Assembly: GCA_963788655.1 (NCBI GenBank)
Contig: CAWBHS010000075.1
Location: 32,001-96,000, forward strand
Reading direction: 5' to 3'
DNA: 64,000 nucleotides
DNA from: an uncultured Verrucomicrobiae bacterium
GTDB lineage: Bacteria > Verrucomicrobiota > Verrucomicrobiia > Limisphaerales > JAFGQR01
This document shows positions 50,729 to 61,240 of the stretch, one piece after another. Both the position numbers and the translations under genes were made by a program. The notes below the pieces were generated by a model that saw only the letters and a program-made list of their open reading frames with translations, did not search any database and was not told the origin of the DNA. How positions within the stretch are numbered: position 1 is the first letter of the stretch; every line of letters starts with the position of its first letter.

Positions 50729-51925
50729 ATGGTTGTTAATACGAATATCACGGCCCAGGGAGCCGCCCGCCTCCTGGGCGATGCGTCCCAGCGACTGGCC
50801 CAATCCCTGGCCCGGCTCTCTTCCGGCTCGAAGATTGTCTCCCCCGAAGACGATGCCGCGGGACTGGCAGTCTCAATGCGCTTTCAAGCACAGATCAATC
50901 GAACTTCAGCCTCGATGCACAATCTTGGCAATGCGATTTCATTCAACCAGACACAGGATGGTTATATGCAAAAGATCGGCGCAGCGCTGGATCGGATGAG
51001 CGAATTGGCCATTCTGGCGCAGGATGTCACCAAAACCGATAACGATCGCGGGTTATGTAATCAGGAATTCCAGACGCTGGCCGGTTATGTCACCGACGTG
51101 GTTGCCAAGGACTTCAATGGGGTGAGCCTGTTTAGCGGCAATGCGCTGAACGTGACCAGTAATGCCGACGGCGGCACGGTCGAGACGCAGGGCATCGAAG
51201 GAAACTACCTCGCCGGTGCAACGCAGCCTGGCGCGGCTGTGCCCGTTTCGGGAAGCAGCACCATGGCGGAGTTGTTTCCGGGTTTCACAAGCGCTCATTT
51301 CGCGGCTGTCACGACCGGCCACACCACTGTTGGCTGGGCTGTTGCCGACACCTCCACTGTAAGTGATTTGGCATTTCGCCTGAATTATGTGTTGTCGCAG
51401 GCTGGCAATGGCAGCGCGACCTACGACGAACAGACGGGGCAGTTTTCTGTAACATTGGATGCAGGCCAGGCCTTGGTGAGCGATAGCGATGACTTTGGTA
51501 ATCCCGACGACATTTTAGCCGACCTCGGCTTTTCGCCAGCCGAACTGGACAACTCCGGCGGCAGTTCGCCAAAGACGGTCAGCGTGATGTTGACAACGTC
51601 CGGGCCTGACGTGCCCGTCGGCACGTCGGATATCAGCACACTCGAAGGGGCCAAAGACGCGCTGACGGCCATTAAGTCCGCCATCACACAATTGGCAGCC
51701 GACCGCGCCACCGTCGGCGCGAACATCGCGCGCCTGAGCCTAACTGCCGAACAATTGGGCACGCTCAAGGACAATCTCACCGCCGCCAACAGCCGCATCA
51801 AGGACGTGGACGTGGCCCAGGAGAGCACCGAATTCGCACGCTACAACATCCTGGTTCAGGCTGGCACCGCCATGTTGTCGCAGGCGAACACCGTCCCCCA
51901 GTCCGTCTTAAGGCTTCTGGGTTAA
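50729..51925 (+). CDS. fliC: Flagellin
   Basis: MVVNTNI...RLSSGSKI..PEDDAAGLA N-terminal domain; ANSRIKDVDVAQES...NILVQAGTAMLSQAN...VLRLLG C-terminal domain. Confidence 0.95.
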   Translation: MVVNTNITAQGAARLLGDASQRLAQSLARLSSGSKIVSPEDDAAGLAVSMRFQAQINRTSASMHNLGNAISFNQTQDGYMQKIGAALDRMSELAILAQDVTKTDNDRGLCNQEFQTLAGYVTDVVAKDFNGVSLFSGNALNVTSNADGGTVETQGIEGNYLAGATQPGAAVPVSGSSTMAELFPGFTSAHFAAVTTGHTTVGWAVADTSTVSDLAFRLNYVLSQAGNGSATYDEQTGQFSVTLDAGQALVSDSDDFGNPDDILADLGFSPAELDNSGGSSPKTVSVMLTTSGPDVPVGTSDISTLEGAKDALTAIKSAITQLAADRATVGANIARLSLTAEQLGTLKDNLTAANSRIKDVDVAQESTEFARYNILVQAGTAMLSQANTVPQSVLRLLG

Positions 51926-52026
51926 AGCTGAACCGCGTGGTCACTGTTCTTGGCCGAGCCCAAACGTTACGGATGCTAAGCCGTATCAATTCAGTGGCTG
52001 ATGCGGCGATGAGGCAGTTCGGCGTG

Positions 52027-52159
52027 GTAGGACAGGCGTCTCGCCTGTCTCGAATAGCCTATGGCATCCTCACCGTTTGGTGACATAGAAATACTCGCGG
52101 CGCCGTGATACAAGTCGTTGGTTTGCACTCGTTCGGGACAGGCGGGACGCCTGTCCTAC
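52027..52159. repeat. REPIN, family GTAGGACAGGCGTC(C/T)CGCCTGTC
   Basis: Copies at 52027-52049 and, inverted, 52137-52159; same family as the RAYT flanks. Confidence 0.9.
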
Positions 52160-52311
52160 TGAATAGTCACGGCTAAGTGACAGGTTTAAAGTAACCCTTC
52201 CTTCGAGAACGGCCTTTACCCCGCAGCAGCAGAAGCGCAGTATGGCGCGGGCATTTGAGGGAGAAGTTGACAATCGAACATCCAGAAAACCTACGCAATC
52301 CGACAAGCATT

Positions 52312-52743
52312 ATGTTTAAACGAACGATTCTTGCCATCGTCGCTGTGTTCGTGGCGTGGCGGGTGATGGACTACCTGCTGCACAGCGTAATCCTCATGAA
52401 AACATACGAAGCCACGGCTCAAATGTGGCGGCCCATGGAAGAAATGAAAATGGGTCTGATGCTCCTGGTGGGCTTGGTGGCCGCATCGGTGTTCGTGGGC
52501 ATCTACACGATGTTGATTCGTCCGAAATCGCTGCTGACTGGCGTGATCTACGGCGGGCTCTTCGGCTTGGGCACTGGATTCTCGATGGGCTTTGGCACGT
52601 ATTCCTACATGCCCATTCCGTTTCACCTGGCCTTCAGTTGGTTCCTCGGCTCGGTGGCGGAAGCGTTGGTGGCCGGTTTGCTGGTTGGGTGGATCATCAA
52701 AGGCCAAAGTGTGGTGCTGCCGACGGAGCCGGCCAAAGGCTGA
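52312..52743 (+). CDS. Small 4-TM membrane protein (DUF1761-like)
   Basis: Four hydrophobic segments; ATG at 52312. Confidence 0.65.
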   Translation: MFKRTILAIVAVFVAWRVMDYLLHSVILMKTYEATAQMWRPMEEMKMGLMLLVGLVAASVFVGIYTMLIRPKSLLTGVIYGGLFGLGTGFSMGFGTYSYMPIPFHLAFSWFLGSVAEALVAGLLVGWIIKGQSVVLPTEPAKG

Positions 52744-52910
52744 GCTGAGGCAGCTCGAACTCTGACGCGGCCAACGGGCGACCTCGCCAGTGGACATGGC
52801 GACTGGGATCGTCCCTGGATCGTGAGCCAATTGGATGTTCGTTCGTGGTTGGCGGGGCGCCAACCACTGCGCCCGGGGCGGGCGCGCTCCCCGGCCACTG
52901 AGTTCGCTAT

Positions 52911-55080
52911 TCAGACCACTTCCACGGGGCACTTGGGCAGGGCGGCGAGAAACTTTTGGCCGTAGCTCTTGGTCAGCACGCGATTGTCCAGCACGACGAT
53001 GATTCCCTGGTCGGTCTTCGTGCGGATCAAACGTCCGACGCCTTGCCGGAATTTGAGGATGGCTTCGGGCAGACGAAAATTCGGCGAACGAATTGCCGCC
53101 CACGCGCCTCGATGGCTTCGATCCGGGCCTCAATCAGCGGGTGATCCGGCACAGCGAACGGCAGGCGGGTAATGATGACATTGGACAGCGCCTCGCCGGG
53201 CACGTCCACGCCCTGCCAAAAGCTGTCCGTGCCGAACAACACCGAGTTCGTGTCCTCCTTGAATTTTTCGAGCATGAGCGAGCGCGGGGTGCCGGTGCCC
53301 TGGATGAAGCACGCCACGCCGAGCTTCCGAAAAAAGCCTGCCATCAATTCGCCCAAGTCCGCATCAGCTTGAAAGTTGGTGAACAACACGAAGGCCTTGC
53401 CGTGGGTCAGGCCAACGAAATGTTCGATCCAATGCCGCAGCGCGTCGCGGTATTCGGCGGTGCGCGGGTCGGGCATCTTGTTCACCACGTACAGCGACAT
53501 TTGCCGCTCATAATCGAACGGCGATCCCACCTGCAACAGCGTGGCTTCTTCCGCCCCCACGCGGTGGGCGAAGTAATCCATGCCCGCCGATTGCGCGGCA
53601 GCCGGCACTCGGCGAGCCGCCGTCCGGGATTCAACATCCCGCCGCGGCATTCTGCGCTTTGTTCCTGGCCCAGCGCGGATCGCCGGCAGCAACCGCGAGC
53701 GTGGCGCTGGTCATGATGATCGAGGTGTCGCTGCCAAACAACCGTCGCCGCAAATACGCCGCCACGTCAATTGGCGCCGCGCACACCGTGATATTTCGCA
53801 GTCCTCGTCCGCCGCGTTCGACCCAATAGACGTAGTCATCGGCCTCCTGGCTCAGGAACAACGCCAGTTCCTCGCGCAATTCGCCCAGGCGTCGGTTGCA
53901 CTCCATCAGCTCGTGGCCGGTTTGCTCGTCATCGCTGCTCTTGATGAGTTCGCTTACCGCGGTGCGCACGCGTTGCAACGGCAGCGTCACGTTGTCCTGC
54001 ACGAGTTCGGGCCGGCGGATGCGCAATTCCGTCCATTGCCGTCCGGGCCGGTTCCGCGTGGATGATTCGTCGCCGAAGGCGCCGCGTCCGGGGCTCTGTT
54101 CGCGCAGTTCCTCACACGCATGTTCGACTTCGGCAAAAAACACGTCGGCTTGTTGGAGGGCTTCGTTCACCAAGTCCGCTTCCTGGGCGCGGTGCAGTGC
54201 GGTCAACAGCCCTTTCCCGGTATTTGGATTGTAAAGCCGTTGGAGGGTGAACTGCATCTGAGACGTCGAGACGCTCAGGCCAATGTGCCGGGAGGCCACG
54301 TGTTCCAAGGTGTGCGCTTCGTCGAAGACCAGGAAGTCGTTCCGAAACAAAAGGCCGCCTCTTGATTGATTCCTCGACACCGGCCAGCAGGGTGAAGAAC
54401 AGCGTGTGATTCAACACCAGCACGTCCGCCGAAAGGATGCGTTGCCGCGCCCGTTGGAAAAAACAAACGCCGTGTTCCTTGGCAAAGTCTGAACCGGACC
54501 CGCATACTTTGGGCGAACACAGTCCGCGTTCGGAACAGACGCTGGCCCAGACCTTCGGATCGGGCTCGATTTCAAAGTCGGACAGGCTGCCGTCTGCGGT
54601 TTCCTTGGCCCAGGCGGCGATGCGCCGGAGTTCCTCGACTTCAGGCGAAGTGAACAGGCTGTCGGCCTGGCGCAAGGCTTTGTGCAGCCGGTGGGTACAC
54701 AGGTAGTTCCCGCGGCCTTTGAGCATGGTGTAACTGAACTTCACCGGCAGAATCTGCTGGAGCATGGGCAGATCTTTATCAAAGAGTTGCTCCTGCAAAT
54801 TGATGGTGTGCGTCGAGACCACCGCTTTCTTGCGGTGCGCACTGGCAAAAAGAATTGATGGGATCAGGTAGGCGAGGCTTTTGCCGACGCCAGTGCCGGC
54901 TTCGACGGCGAGGTGTTCGCCTTGAACGAGCGCCCGCGCCACGGCCACGGCCATTTGTTGCTGTTGCGGTCGATATTCGAAATTAGGCGATTTCGAGAGC
55001 ACCCCGCTGGGCGAAAAGATTTCTTCGACCTGGGCGACCAGATCGATCCCCGCGGGTTGTGCTTCGATAATACTGATCAT
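52911..55080 (-). CDS. dinG: ATP-dependent DinG/YoaA-family helicase (at least 3 frameshifts)
   Basis: EYRPQQ, EAGTGVGKS, LKGRGNYLC, DEAH, TSATL, SFWQGVDVPG, RLPF and QGVGRLIR; pieces 54112..55080, 53631..54380, 53027..53692 and a tail to 52911. Confidence 0.85.
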
Positions 55081-55160
55081 CGCGCACGTAGCCGCCTGGG
55101 CACTCGCGCAGGAGGCCGGCGTTCAATTGTCTCGGTCATGACACACACGACCTCAACGTA

Positions 55161-55844
55161 TCAAGAACCGGACTTCTTGGCCACCACTTCCACGGCGGCT
55201 TTGTTCTTGGCAATGTGGTTGGCGGGCAGCACCCCACGCCAATTCGTGCCGGGATAAATGATCGCTCCACGCCCGATGATCGAACCGGGATTCAGCACGG
55301 CATTGCAGCCGATGTCGCAATGATCACCGAGGATCGCGCCGAATTTGCGCAGGCCGGTGTCCAACGGTTTTCCGTCATGCTGGATCATGACGTTCCCAGA
55401 CAGCACTTTGAGGTTGGAAATCTTCACGCCGGCGCCCAAGTGCGCCTCGTGGCCCAGGATGGAATCGCCCACGTAATTGAAGTGCGGCACCTCCGCGCCG
55501 TTGAACAGCAAGCTGTGTTTGATTTCGCAGGCGTTGCCCACCACGCACTCGTCCCCGATGATTACGTCCTCGCGGATGTAGGCGTTGTGTCGGATGCGGC
55601 AATTACGGCCGATAATGGCCGGACCCTTGATCATGGCGCTGTCTTCGACCACCGTCCCTTCGCCGATGAAGACTTGATCGCCAATGTAGGCCACGCCATC
55701 GCAACGGTTGTGCAACGCCGGCTGCAAATGAGTTTTGAGATAGTCTCCAAGCCGCTTGAGTGCCTCCCACACGTGTTCGCAATCGGCGAACAAAACCGCA
55801 TGTTCCGACTGGCTAAGATCCAACAAGTCTTTCGGGTTGAACAT
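55161..55844 (-). CDS. GlmU-like hexapeptide-repeat acetyltransferase
   Basis: IKGPAIIG, HFNYVGDSILG, LGAG and RKFGAILGD left-handed beta-helix motifs. Confidence 0.85.
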   Translation of the reverse strand: MFNPKDLLDLSQSEHAVLFADCEHVWEALKRLGDYLKTHLQPALHNRCDGVAYIGDQVFIGEGTVVEDSAMIKGPAIIGRNCRIRHNAYIREDVIIGDECVVGNACEIKHSLLFNGAEVPHFNYVGDSILGHEAHLGAGVKISNLKVLSGNVMIQHDGKPLDTGLRKFGAILGDHCDIGCNAVLNPGSIIGRGAIIYPGTNWRGVLPANHIAKNKAAVEVVAKKSGS

Positions 55845-56002
55845 GCCGGAGAAGGTAAGGGATCGCGCCGCAGTCGCAAGGCTGAAGCCACGGCTGAGTC
55901 GGCATTGGGAGAACGCGCGGTCGGCGTCTCGTCGATAGAAACGAATCGATGGCAACGGTTAGACGTTGAACGGAAGTGTAAACTCGAATGGGCGTTGCCA
56001 AA

Positions 56003-56270
56003 CTGCCAGCAAGATGCCGGCAGCACGCTGCGCCAACGTGCTGCGGGCGTCCCGCCGGCAGAAACGATTGTCAACGCCGCGTCCGTAACCGAACGCCGGT
56101 TGGCCAGCGCAACGGGCCGTTCCAAACTGCCGGCAAGATGCCGGCAGCACGCTGGCGCCGGAAACATCCGAACTGCCACTGCCGTCCCTGGCCTTTGGAG
56201 CGCTCGACCTTGCTTGGCAATTCGTGGTGGCTTCTTCCGTTCGATCTGCCGGCAAGATGCCGGCAGCACG
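56003..56270. repeat. REP cluster, family CTGCCGGCAAGATGCCGGCAGCACG
   Basis: Copies at 56003-56027, 56127-56151 and 56246-56270, a degenerate inverted copy at 56037-56061, and degenerate relatives near 43815-43860. Confidence 0.8.
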
Positions 56271-56330
56271 TTTTTGTCTCCCGCCTTGACTTGCATGGTT
56301 GCGAACGAACAGTCATGGTTTGTTTCGTTC

Positions 56331-57509
56331 ATGCCGGAACGCACCATCTATTTTGACTATAACGCCACGACGCCGCTCGACGCGAAAGTCCGTGAGGAAA
56401 TGTTGCCTTTCTTTGGATCAAATTTTGGCAACCCCTCCAGCATCCACCGCTTGGGGCGCCAAGCCCGTTCGATTCTTGATGATGCCCACGAAAGGGTGGC
56501 TCAGGTTTGGTCCTGCAAACCCAGCGAAGTGGTCTTCACCAGCGGAGGCACCGAAAGCGTCAACCTGGCGATCTTCGGCGTTGCCCGCCGTTTTCGCGAT
56601 AAAGGACGGCATATAATTACCAGCCAAGTGGAACATCATGCCGTGCTTCATGCTTGTGAATATCTTGGGAACAAAGAGGGGTTTGAAGTCACTTATCTGC
56701 CGGTTAACGAAGAGGGTATCATCACCGCCCCCACCCTTGAAAGTGCCCTCCGGCCGGACACAATTCTGGTCTCGATCATGGCGGCGAATAACGAAATTGG
56801 CACCATTCAACCCATCGCCGAACTCGGCAAAATCTGCCAGGAACACGGGGTCTTGTTTCATACCGACGCGGTGCAATGGTTCGGCAAGGAGCCGTTCAGT
56901 TCGATCCACCAATTCAATGCCAATCTGGTGTCCGCTTGCGCTCACAAATACCACGGTCCAAAGGGAGCCGGAGCCTTGTTTATTCGTTCTCCACTGCGCA
57001 TTGATCCCATCCTTTTCGGTGGCGCTCATGAGGATGAACGGCGCGCCGGCACGGAAAACCTGGCGGCCATTGTTGGCTTCGCCAAAGCGACAGAACTATT
57101 TGTGGGTCAACCGGTATTCTCCAAAGGACACCTCGCTCCATTGGCTGGTGAACTTATCAGCGCGCTGCAATCATTGACGCCGTTAGGGGTTGGGTTCCGC
57201 GGCTCGTTCGACCATCGCCTTACTAATACTGTTGCTTTTACGGTGCGCGATTGTGACAGCATTTCCCTGCTGGCCAATCTTGATCTGGCTGGCATTTGTG
57301 CCTCCAGTGGCTCGGCCTGTTCCACGGGGTCCCTGGAACCGTCGCACGTGATTCTGGCATTGGGCTCCGGGCGGGAAGCGGCCAATTCACTGGTGCGCTT
57401 TTCACTGGGACGCGAATCCACCGCCGATGAGGTGCGCTTCGTCACGGCGCTGCTGCCGGAAACCATCCACCGGGCACAAGGCACTGAACAGGCTCCGGGC
57501 AACCTCTGA
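56331..57509 (+). CDS. iscS: Cysteine desulfurase (IscS/NifS family)
   Basis: YFDYNATTP, GNPSS.H, FTSGGTES, HTDAVQ, AHK..GPKG, RAGTEN and SSGSAC. Confidence 0.9.
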   Translation: MPERTIYFDYNATTPLDAKVREEMLPFFGSNFGNPSSIHRLGRQARSILDDAHERVAQVWSCKPSEVVFTSGGTESVNLAIFGVARRFRDKGRHIITSQVEHHAVLHACEYLGNKEGFEVTYLPVNEEGIITAPTLESALRPDTILVSIMAANNEIGTIQPIAELGKICQEHGVLFHTDAVQWFGKEPFSSIHQFNANLVSACAHKYHGPKGAGALFIRSPLRIDPILFGGAHEDERRAGTENLAAIVGFAKATELFVGQPVFSKGHLAPLAGELISALQSLTPLGVGFRGSFDHRLTNTVAFTVRDCDSISLLANLDLAGICASSGSACSTGSLEPSHVILALGSGREAANSLVRFSLGRESTADEVRFVTALLPETIHRAQGTEQAPGNL

Positions 57510-57670
57510 ATAACTTGTGCCGCCTGTGAAAAACTCAGACTTTTTCCCAAGCCTGACTCCGGTCAGGCGGGTTATTCACCACCGGACTTTTTCCTAAACC
57601 CTTGTCATGGCCTTGACAGCGCGGGTTGTTTCCCTTATTGACAGCCCTTAATAAGAGTCTGGATTCCAGA
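57505..57670. promoter_or_regulatory. Candidate oriC / DnaA-box cluster upstream of dnaN
   Basis: DnaA-box-like TCTGAATAA, TGTGAAAAA, TTATTCACC and TTATTGACA; the last is followed by GCCC-TTAATAAG. Confidence 0.4.
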
Positions 57671-57696
57671 GTGGAAAGACATCAACCTATCAATCG

Positions 57697-58806
57697 ATGA
57701 ACCTTGTAATCTCGAAAGAGCAGATCCTGAGTGGGCTGCAATCCGTTCAAAACATCGTCAGCACACGGACCACGCTGCCGATTTTGTCCAACGTTTTGTT
57801 GCGGGCCGAAGAGAATCGACTTGAGCTGACGGCCACCGATTTGGATGTCACCGTGTCGTGTTCGGTCGAAGCCACCGTGAAGAGCCCCGGCGCGACAACC
57901 ATCCCGGTCAAAAAGATTTGGAGCATCGCCCGGGAACTCGCCAGTCCGGAACTGGAACTTGAGGTGGACGATAAGAATGTTACCAGCCTGCGCTCCGGAC
58001 CCTCCTTCTTCAAAATCCGCGGGCTCGGTGCCGAAGAGTTTCCGCCACTGCCCAAGCTGAAGGACGATAAGAAATTCACGCTCCCGCAGGAAAAGCTGAA
58101 GGGGATGCTGAAAAAGACTTCGTTTGCCATTTCGTCTGATGAATCGCGGTACGTGCTCAATGGCATCTTTATCAGCCTCAAGGAACACAAGCTGACCATG
58201 GTGGCTACGGACGGGCGGCGCCTGGCTTTGGCTGAAGAGGACGTGGACATATCCGAACAGAGTCAGGGCGACTGCATTGTCCCCGCGAAAGCGGTCAATG
58301 AGCTGAACCGGTTGCTGCTCGACACGGGGGATGTGGAAATTGTATTTGCCGAAAATCAGGCCTCCTTTGACCTGAAGCAGGAAAAGGGATCGCACATTCA
58401 GTTGGTGACCAAATTGATCGAAGGCACCTATCCGAATTATCGCCAAGTGATTCCCGCGGAAACCAAGGAGCGCGTAGCCCTCGGGCGCGAAGAACTGCTC
58501 CACGCATTGAAGCGCGCGGAAATCATGACCAGCGAAAAACAGAACTCGGTGAAATTGAGCTTCGGGAAGAACAATCTTTCCATCACCGCCAATTCACCGG
58601 AAGTCGGCGAAGCCCGCGAAAGCATGGCCATCAATTACAAGGGTGCGGAAATGGCCATCGCGTTCAATCCTGCCTACATGATCGAACCATTGAACGCGCT
58701 CACTGAGGACGAGGTCTTTATCGAGTTGATTGACGAACTCAGCCCGGGAGTGCTCAAGATCAACGGACCATTTCTCTACGTGGTCATGCCCATGCGGCTG
58801 AGCTAA
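57697..58806 (+). CDS. dnaN: DNA polymerase III beta sliding clamp
   Basis: TTLPILSNVL, TATDLD, ESRYVLNG, VATDGRRL, LIEGTYPNY..VIP and YVVMPMR. Confidence 0.97.
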   Translation: MNLVISKEQILSGLQSVQNIVSTRTTLPILSNVLLRAEENRLELTATDLDVTVSCSVEATVKSPGATTIPVKKIWSIARELASPELELEVDDKNVTSLRSGPSFFKIRGLGAEEFPPLPKLKDDKKFTLPQEKLKGMLKKTSFAISSDESRYVLNGIFISLKEHKLTMVATDGRRLALAEEDVDISEQSQGDCIVPAKAVNELNRLLLDTGDVEIVFAENQASFDLKQEKGSHIQLVTKLIEGTYPNYRQVIPAETKERVALGREELLHALKRAEIMTSEKQNSVKLSFGKNNLSITANSPEVGEARESMAINYKGAEMAIAFNPAYMIEPLNALTEDEVFIELIDELSPGVLKINGPFLYVVMPMRLS

Positions 58807-58816
58807 CGTTGCCCCA

Positions 58817-59971
58817 GTGAACTTTGAATTTGCCACGGCGGCGCGAATCCGTTTCGGCCCGGGCAGTCTTTGGGAAGCCGGGTCGTCACTAAAGGCAGTT
58901 GGTTCGCAGGCCTTGGTGGTGACCGGCAGTCAACCCGCCCGGGCGCAGCCACTGTTGGAGGTCCTCAAACAACAAACCATTCCGTTCCGGATTTACTCGA
59001 TCGCAGGTGAACCGACCACGACGCTCATTCAGAAAGGACTGCGACAAGCCCGTGAAGCCAAGTGTGATTTCGTCGTTGGTTTTGGCGGTGGCAGCGCGAT
59101 TGATGCCGCCAAAGCAATTGCCGGGTTGGTGACCAATCCGGGCGATTTGCTCGATTATTTGGAAGTGATTGGTCGCGGGCAGCCGCTCAAAGAGCCGGGA
59201 GTTCCGTTCGTCGCCATTCCCACCACCGCCGGGGCCGGCGCCGAGGTAACCAAGAATGCCGTCATTGCCTCACCTGCCCACCAAGTCAAAGCCAGTCTGC
59301 GCAGTCCATTCCTGCTGGCCCGGCTGGCGATTGTCGATCCGGAGTTGACGTACCAACTTCCGCCCGCGGTTACCGCCACCACAGGACTGGACGCCCTCAC
59401 CCAACTGATCGAGCCCTTTGTTTCCTGCCGCGCGCAACCCTTCACGGACTCGCTGTGCCGGGAGGGAATGCGTCGCGTGAGCCGATCGTTGCGCCGTGCT
59501 TATGAACATGGCGACGATGCGGCAGCGCGTGAGGACATGGCGCTGGGCAGCTTGTTCAGTGGCTTGGCTTTGGCTAATGCGGGTTTAGGTGCGGTGCATG
59601 GATTTGCCGCGCCAATTGGCGGCCGCTTTCCGGCACCGCACGGAGCGGTTTGCGCGGCGCTGTTGCCAACGGTCATGGATGTGAACATTCGCGCGCTGCG
59701 TCAGCGGCAACCGGAAAGCCCCGCTTTGCGCCGGTATGAAGAAGTGGCCCACCTGCTGACGGGCAAAGCTCAAGCAACCGTGGACGATGGCATCGCCTGG
59801 GCAAACGATATTTGTGATGCGCTTCAAATACCCCGCTTGCGAACTTACGGTATTTCAGCCAATGACATCCCGGGCTTATGCGAGAAGGCCGCTGTCGCCA
59901 GCAGTATGAAGGGGAATCCGTTACCGTTGGCCGCTGAGGAATTGCGGGAGATCCTCGAACGGGCATTGTGA
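58817..59971 (+). CDS. Iron-containing alcohol dehydrogenase
   Basis: GGGSAIDAAK, IPTTAG.G.E.T, DALTQ, GAVHG and HG metal ligands. Confidence 0.92.
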   Translation: MNFEFATAARIRFGPGSLWEAGSSLKAVGSQALVVTGSQPARAQPLLEVLKQQTIPFRIYSIAGEPTTTLIQKGLRQAREAKCDFVVGFGGGSAIDAAKAIAGLVTNPGDLLDYLEVIGRGQPLKEPGVPFVAIPTTAGAGAEVTKNAVIASPAHQVKASLRSPFLLARLAIVDPELTYQLPPAVTATTGLDALTQLIEPFVSCRAQPFTDSLCREGMRRVSRSLRRAYEHGDDAAAREDMALGSLFSGLALANAGLGAVHGFAAPIGGRFPAPHGAVCAALLPTVMDVNIRALRQRQPESPALRRYEEVAHLLTGKAQATVDDGIAWANDICDALQIPRLRTYGISANDIPGLCEKAAVASSMKGNPLPLAAEELREILERAL

Positions 59972-60730
59972 CTACGGGCCGGGCTTTTCGACTTGAGGCG
60001 CCTCCGATTGTTCCAACGGCAAACCCGTGAAAGGCACGTTGGCCAGGCGGCGCTTTTGGTACCAGCCGACTCCCACCAAATCATAAAGCCCGCGTCCCAA
60101 TCGGTTCCAGACGCCGTATTTCGAAACGCCCGCCACGCGCGGACGATGGTTCACCGGCACCTCAAGCGTCATCACCCCATTCCCATGAACCAGGATCGGC
60201 AGGAAGCGGTGCCAGCCGTTGAAGGGAAAGACGCCGTTGAGCGCCGAGCGTTTGAAGACGCGAACCGCACAGCCCGTGTCGGCAAAATCCGCTTTCAATA
60301 CGGCCGTGCGCGCCCGCCGGGCAATCCGTGAGGACACCCGCCGTACCCAACTGTCCTGCCGGCGCACGCGCTTGCCGCTGATGAAATCCGCTTCGGCCAG
60401 TCGCTCGAACAGTCCGGGCAAATCGGCGGGATCATTCTGGCGATCCCCGTCCAACGTAGCGACGATGGGACCACTCGTCGCTTGAATTCCGGTCCACAAC
60501 GCCGCGCTTTGGCCGGCATTGCGCGCATGGCGAAGGCCACCCACCGAGGCATTCGCATGGCGGGCGTCCTGAATCCGCTTCCAGGTGGCATCCGTGCTCG
60601 CGTCGTCCACGAAAACCAGTTCCCAATTCCGCGGCTGGCGCTGCATGGCGGCAGCAACTTCGCGCGCCAGGGGCAGCACGTTGTCCGCTTCATTGAACAC
60701 GGGCACGATGATTGAAATTTCGACCGGCAC
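59972..60730 (-). CDS. Glycosyltransferase family 2 (polyprenol-phosphate glycosyltransferase-like)
   Basis: SIIVPVFNE, VDDASTD, NAGQSAA, LDGD.QNDP, DTGC, HRFLP and HRPR..G.SKY. Confidence 0.9.
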   Translation of the reverse strand: MPVEISIIVPVFNEADNVLPLAREVAAAMQRQPRNWELVFVDDASTDATWKRIQDARHANASVGGLRHARNAGQSAALWTGIQATSGPIVATLDGDRQNDPADLPGLFERLAEADFISGKRVRRQDSWVRRVSSRIARRARTAVLKADFADTGCAVRVFKRSALNGVFPFNGWHRFLPILVHGNGVMTLEVPVNHRPRVAGVSKYGVWNRLGRGLYDLVGVGWYQKRRLANVPFTGLPLEQSEAPQVEKPGP

Positions 60731-61027
60731 ACCCGAAGGCTACCCAATCCTCCCCCAAAGTTCAATGTGCTTGCTCCAACCTGCTGTCGGCACGCAAGAC
60801 ACCCTCGAGCCCTGACTTCCCCGCGTTGCTTTCACCAACCCAAGGGCGAGCAATGGGAGATCCTTGATATTCGAAATGCCGAAGACTTCCCGCGGTTTCG
60901 GTTTCGGATAATTGGCAACGACGAGGAGATGTTTGGGCTCGATGGAATCTCGCCCTACCATATCCCGCATGAAGGGCTTTCGCGTTCTTGGCGTGTTTCG
61001 CGGTTAACCTACTGGAAAAGATGTGAG

Positions 61028-61240
61028 TTACTGCGTTACCACTTCGCTACCGGTCACTTCGGCGGTTAGTTGCTCGATCTCTTGCTGGAGCCGACGGATT
61101 TCCTCCAAGGGACCTTCCGCGAGAATAGCAAATTTGCGGGCTTGATCGGGCAGGAGTTCCCGGCGAAGTGCTCCCAGCGCCTCGTTCATCTTTTCCAATT
61201 GTTCCACGGTTTGAGCCAGGATGGCCTCGGTATTTTTCAT
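61028..61240 (-). CDS. Small helical protein, putative partner of the upstream nucleotidyltransferase
   Basis: 70 aa, coiled-coil-like; ATGA overlap with the upstream gene. Confidence 0.6.
   Translation of the reverse strand: MKNTEAILAQTVEQLEKMNEALGALRRELLPDQARKFAILAEGPLEEIRRLQQEIEQLTAEVTGSEVVTQ

Noticed and set aside
55215..56330. Long N-terminal extension of the cysteine desulfurase ORF
   Set aside because: It is antisense to the GlmU-like gene and runs through a REP cluster; homology starts at ATG 56331.
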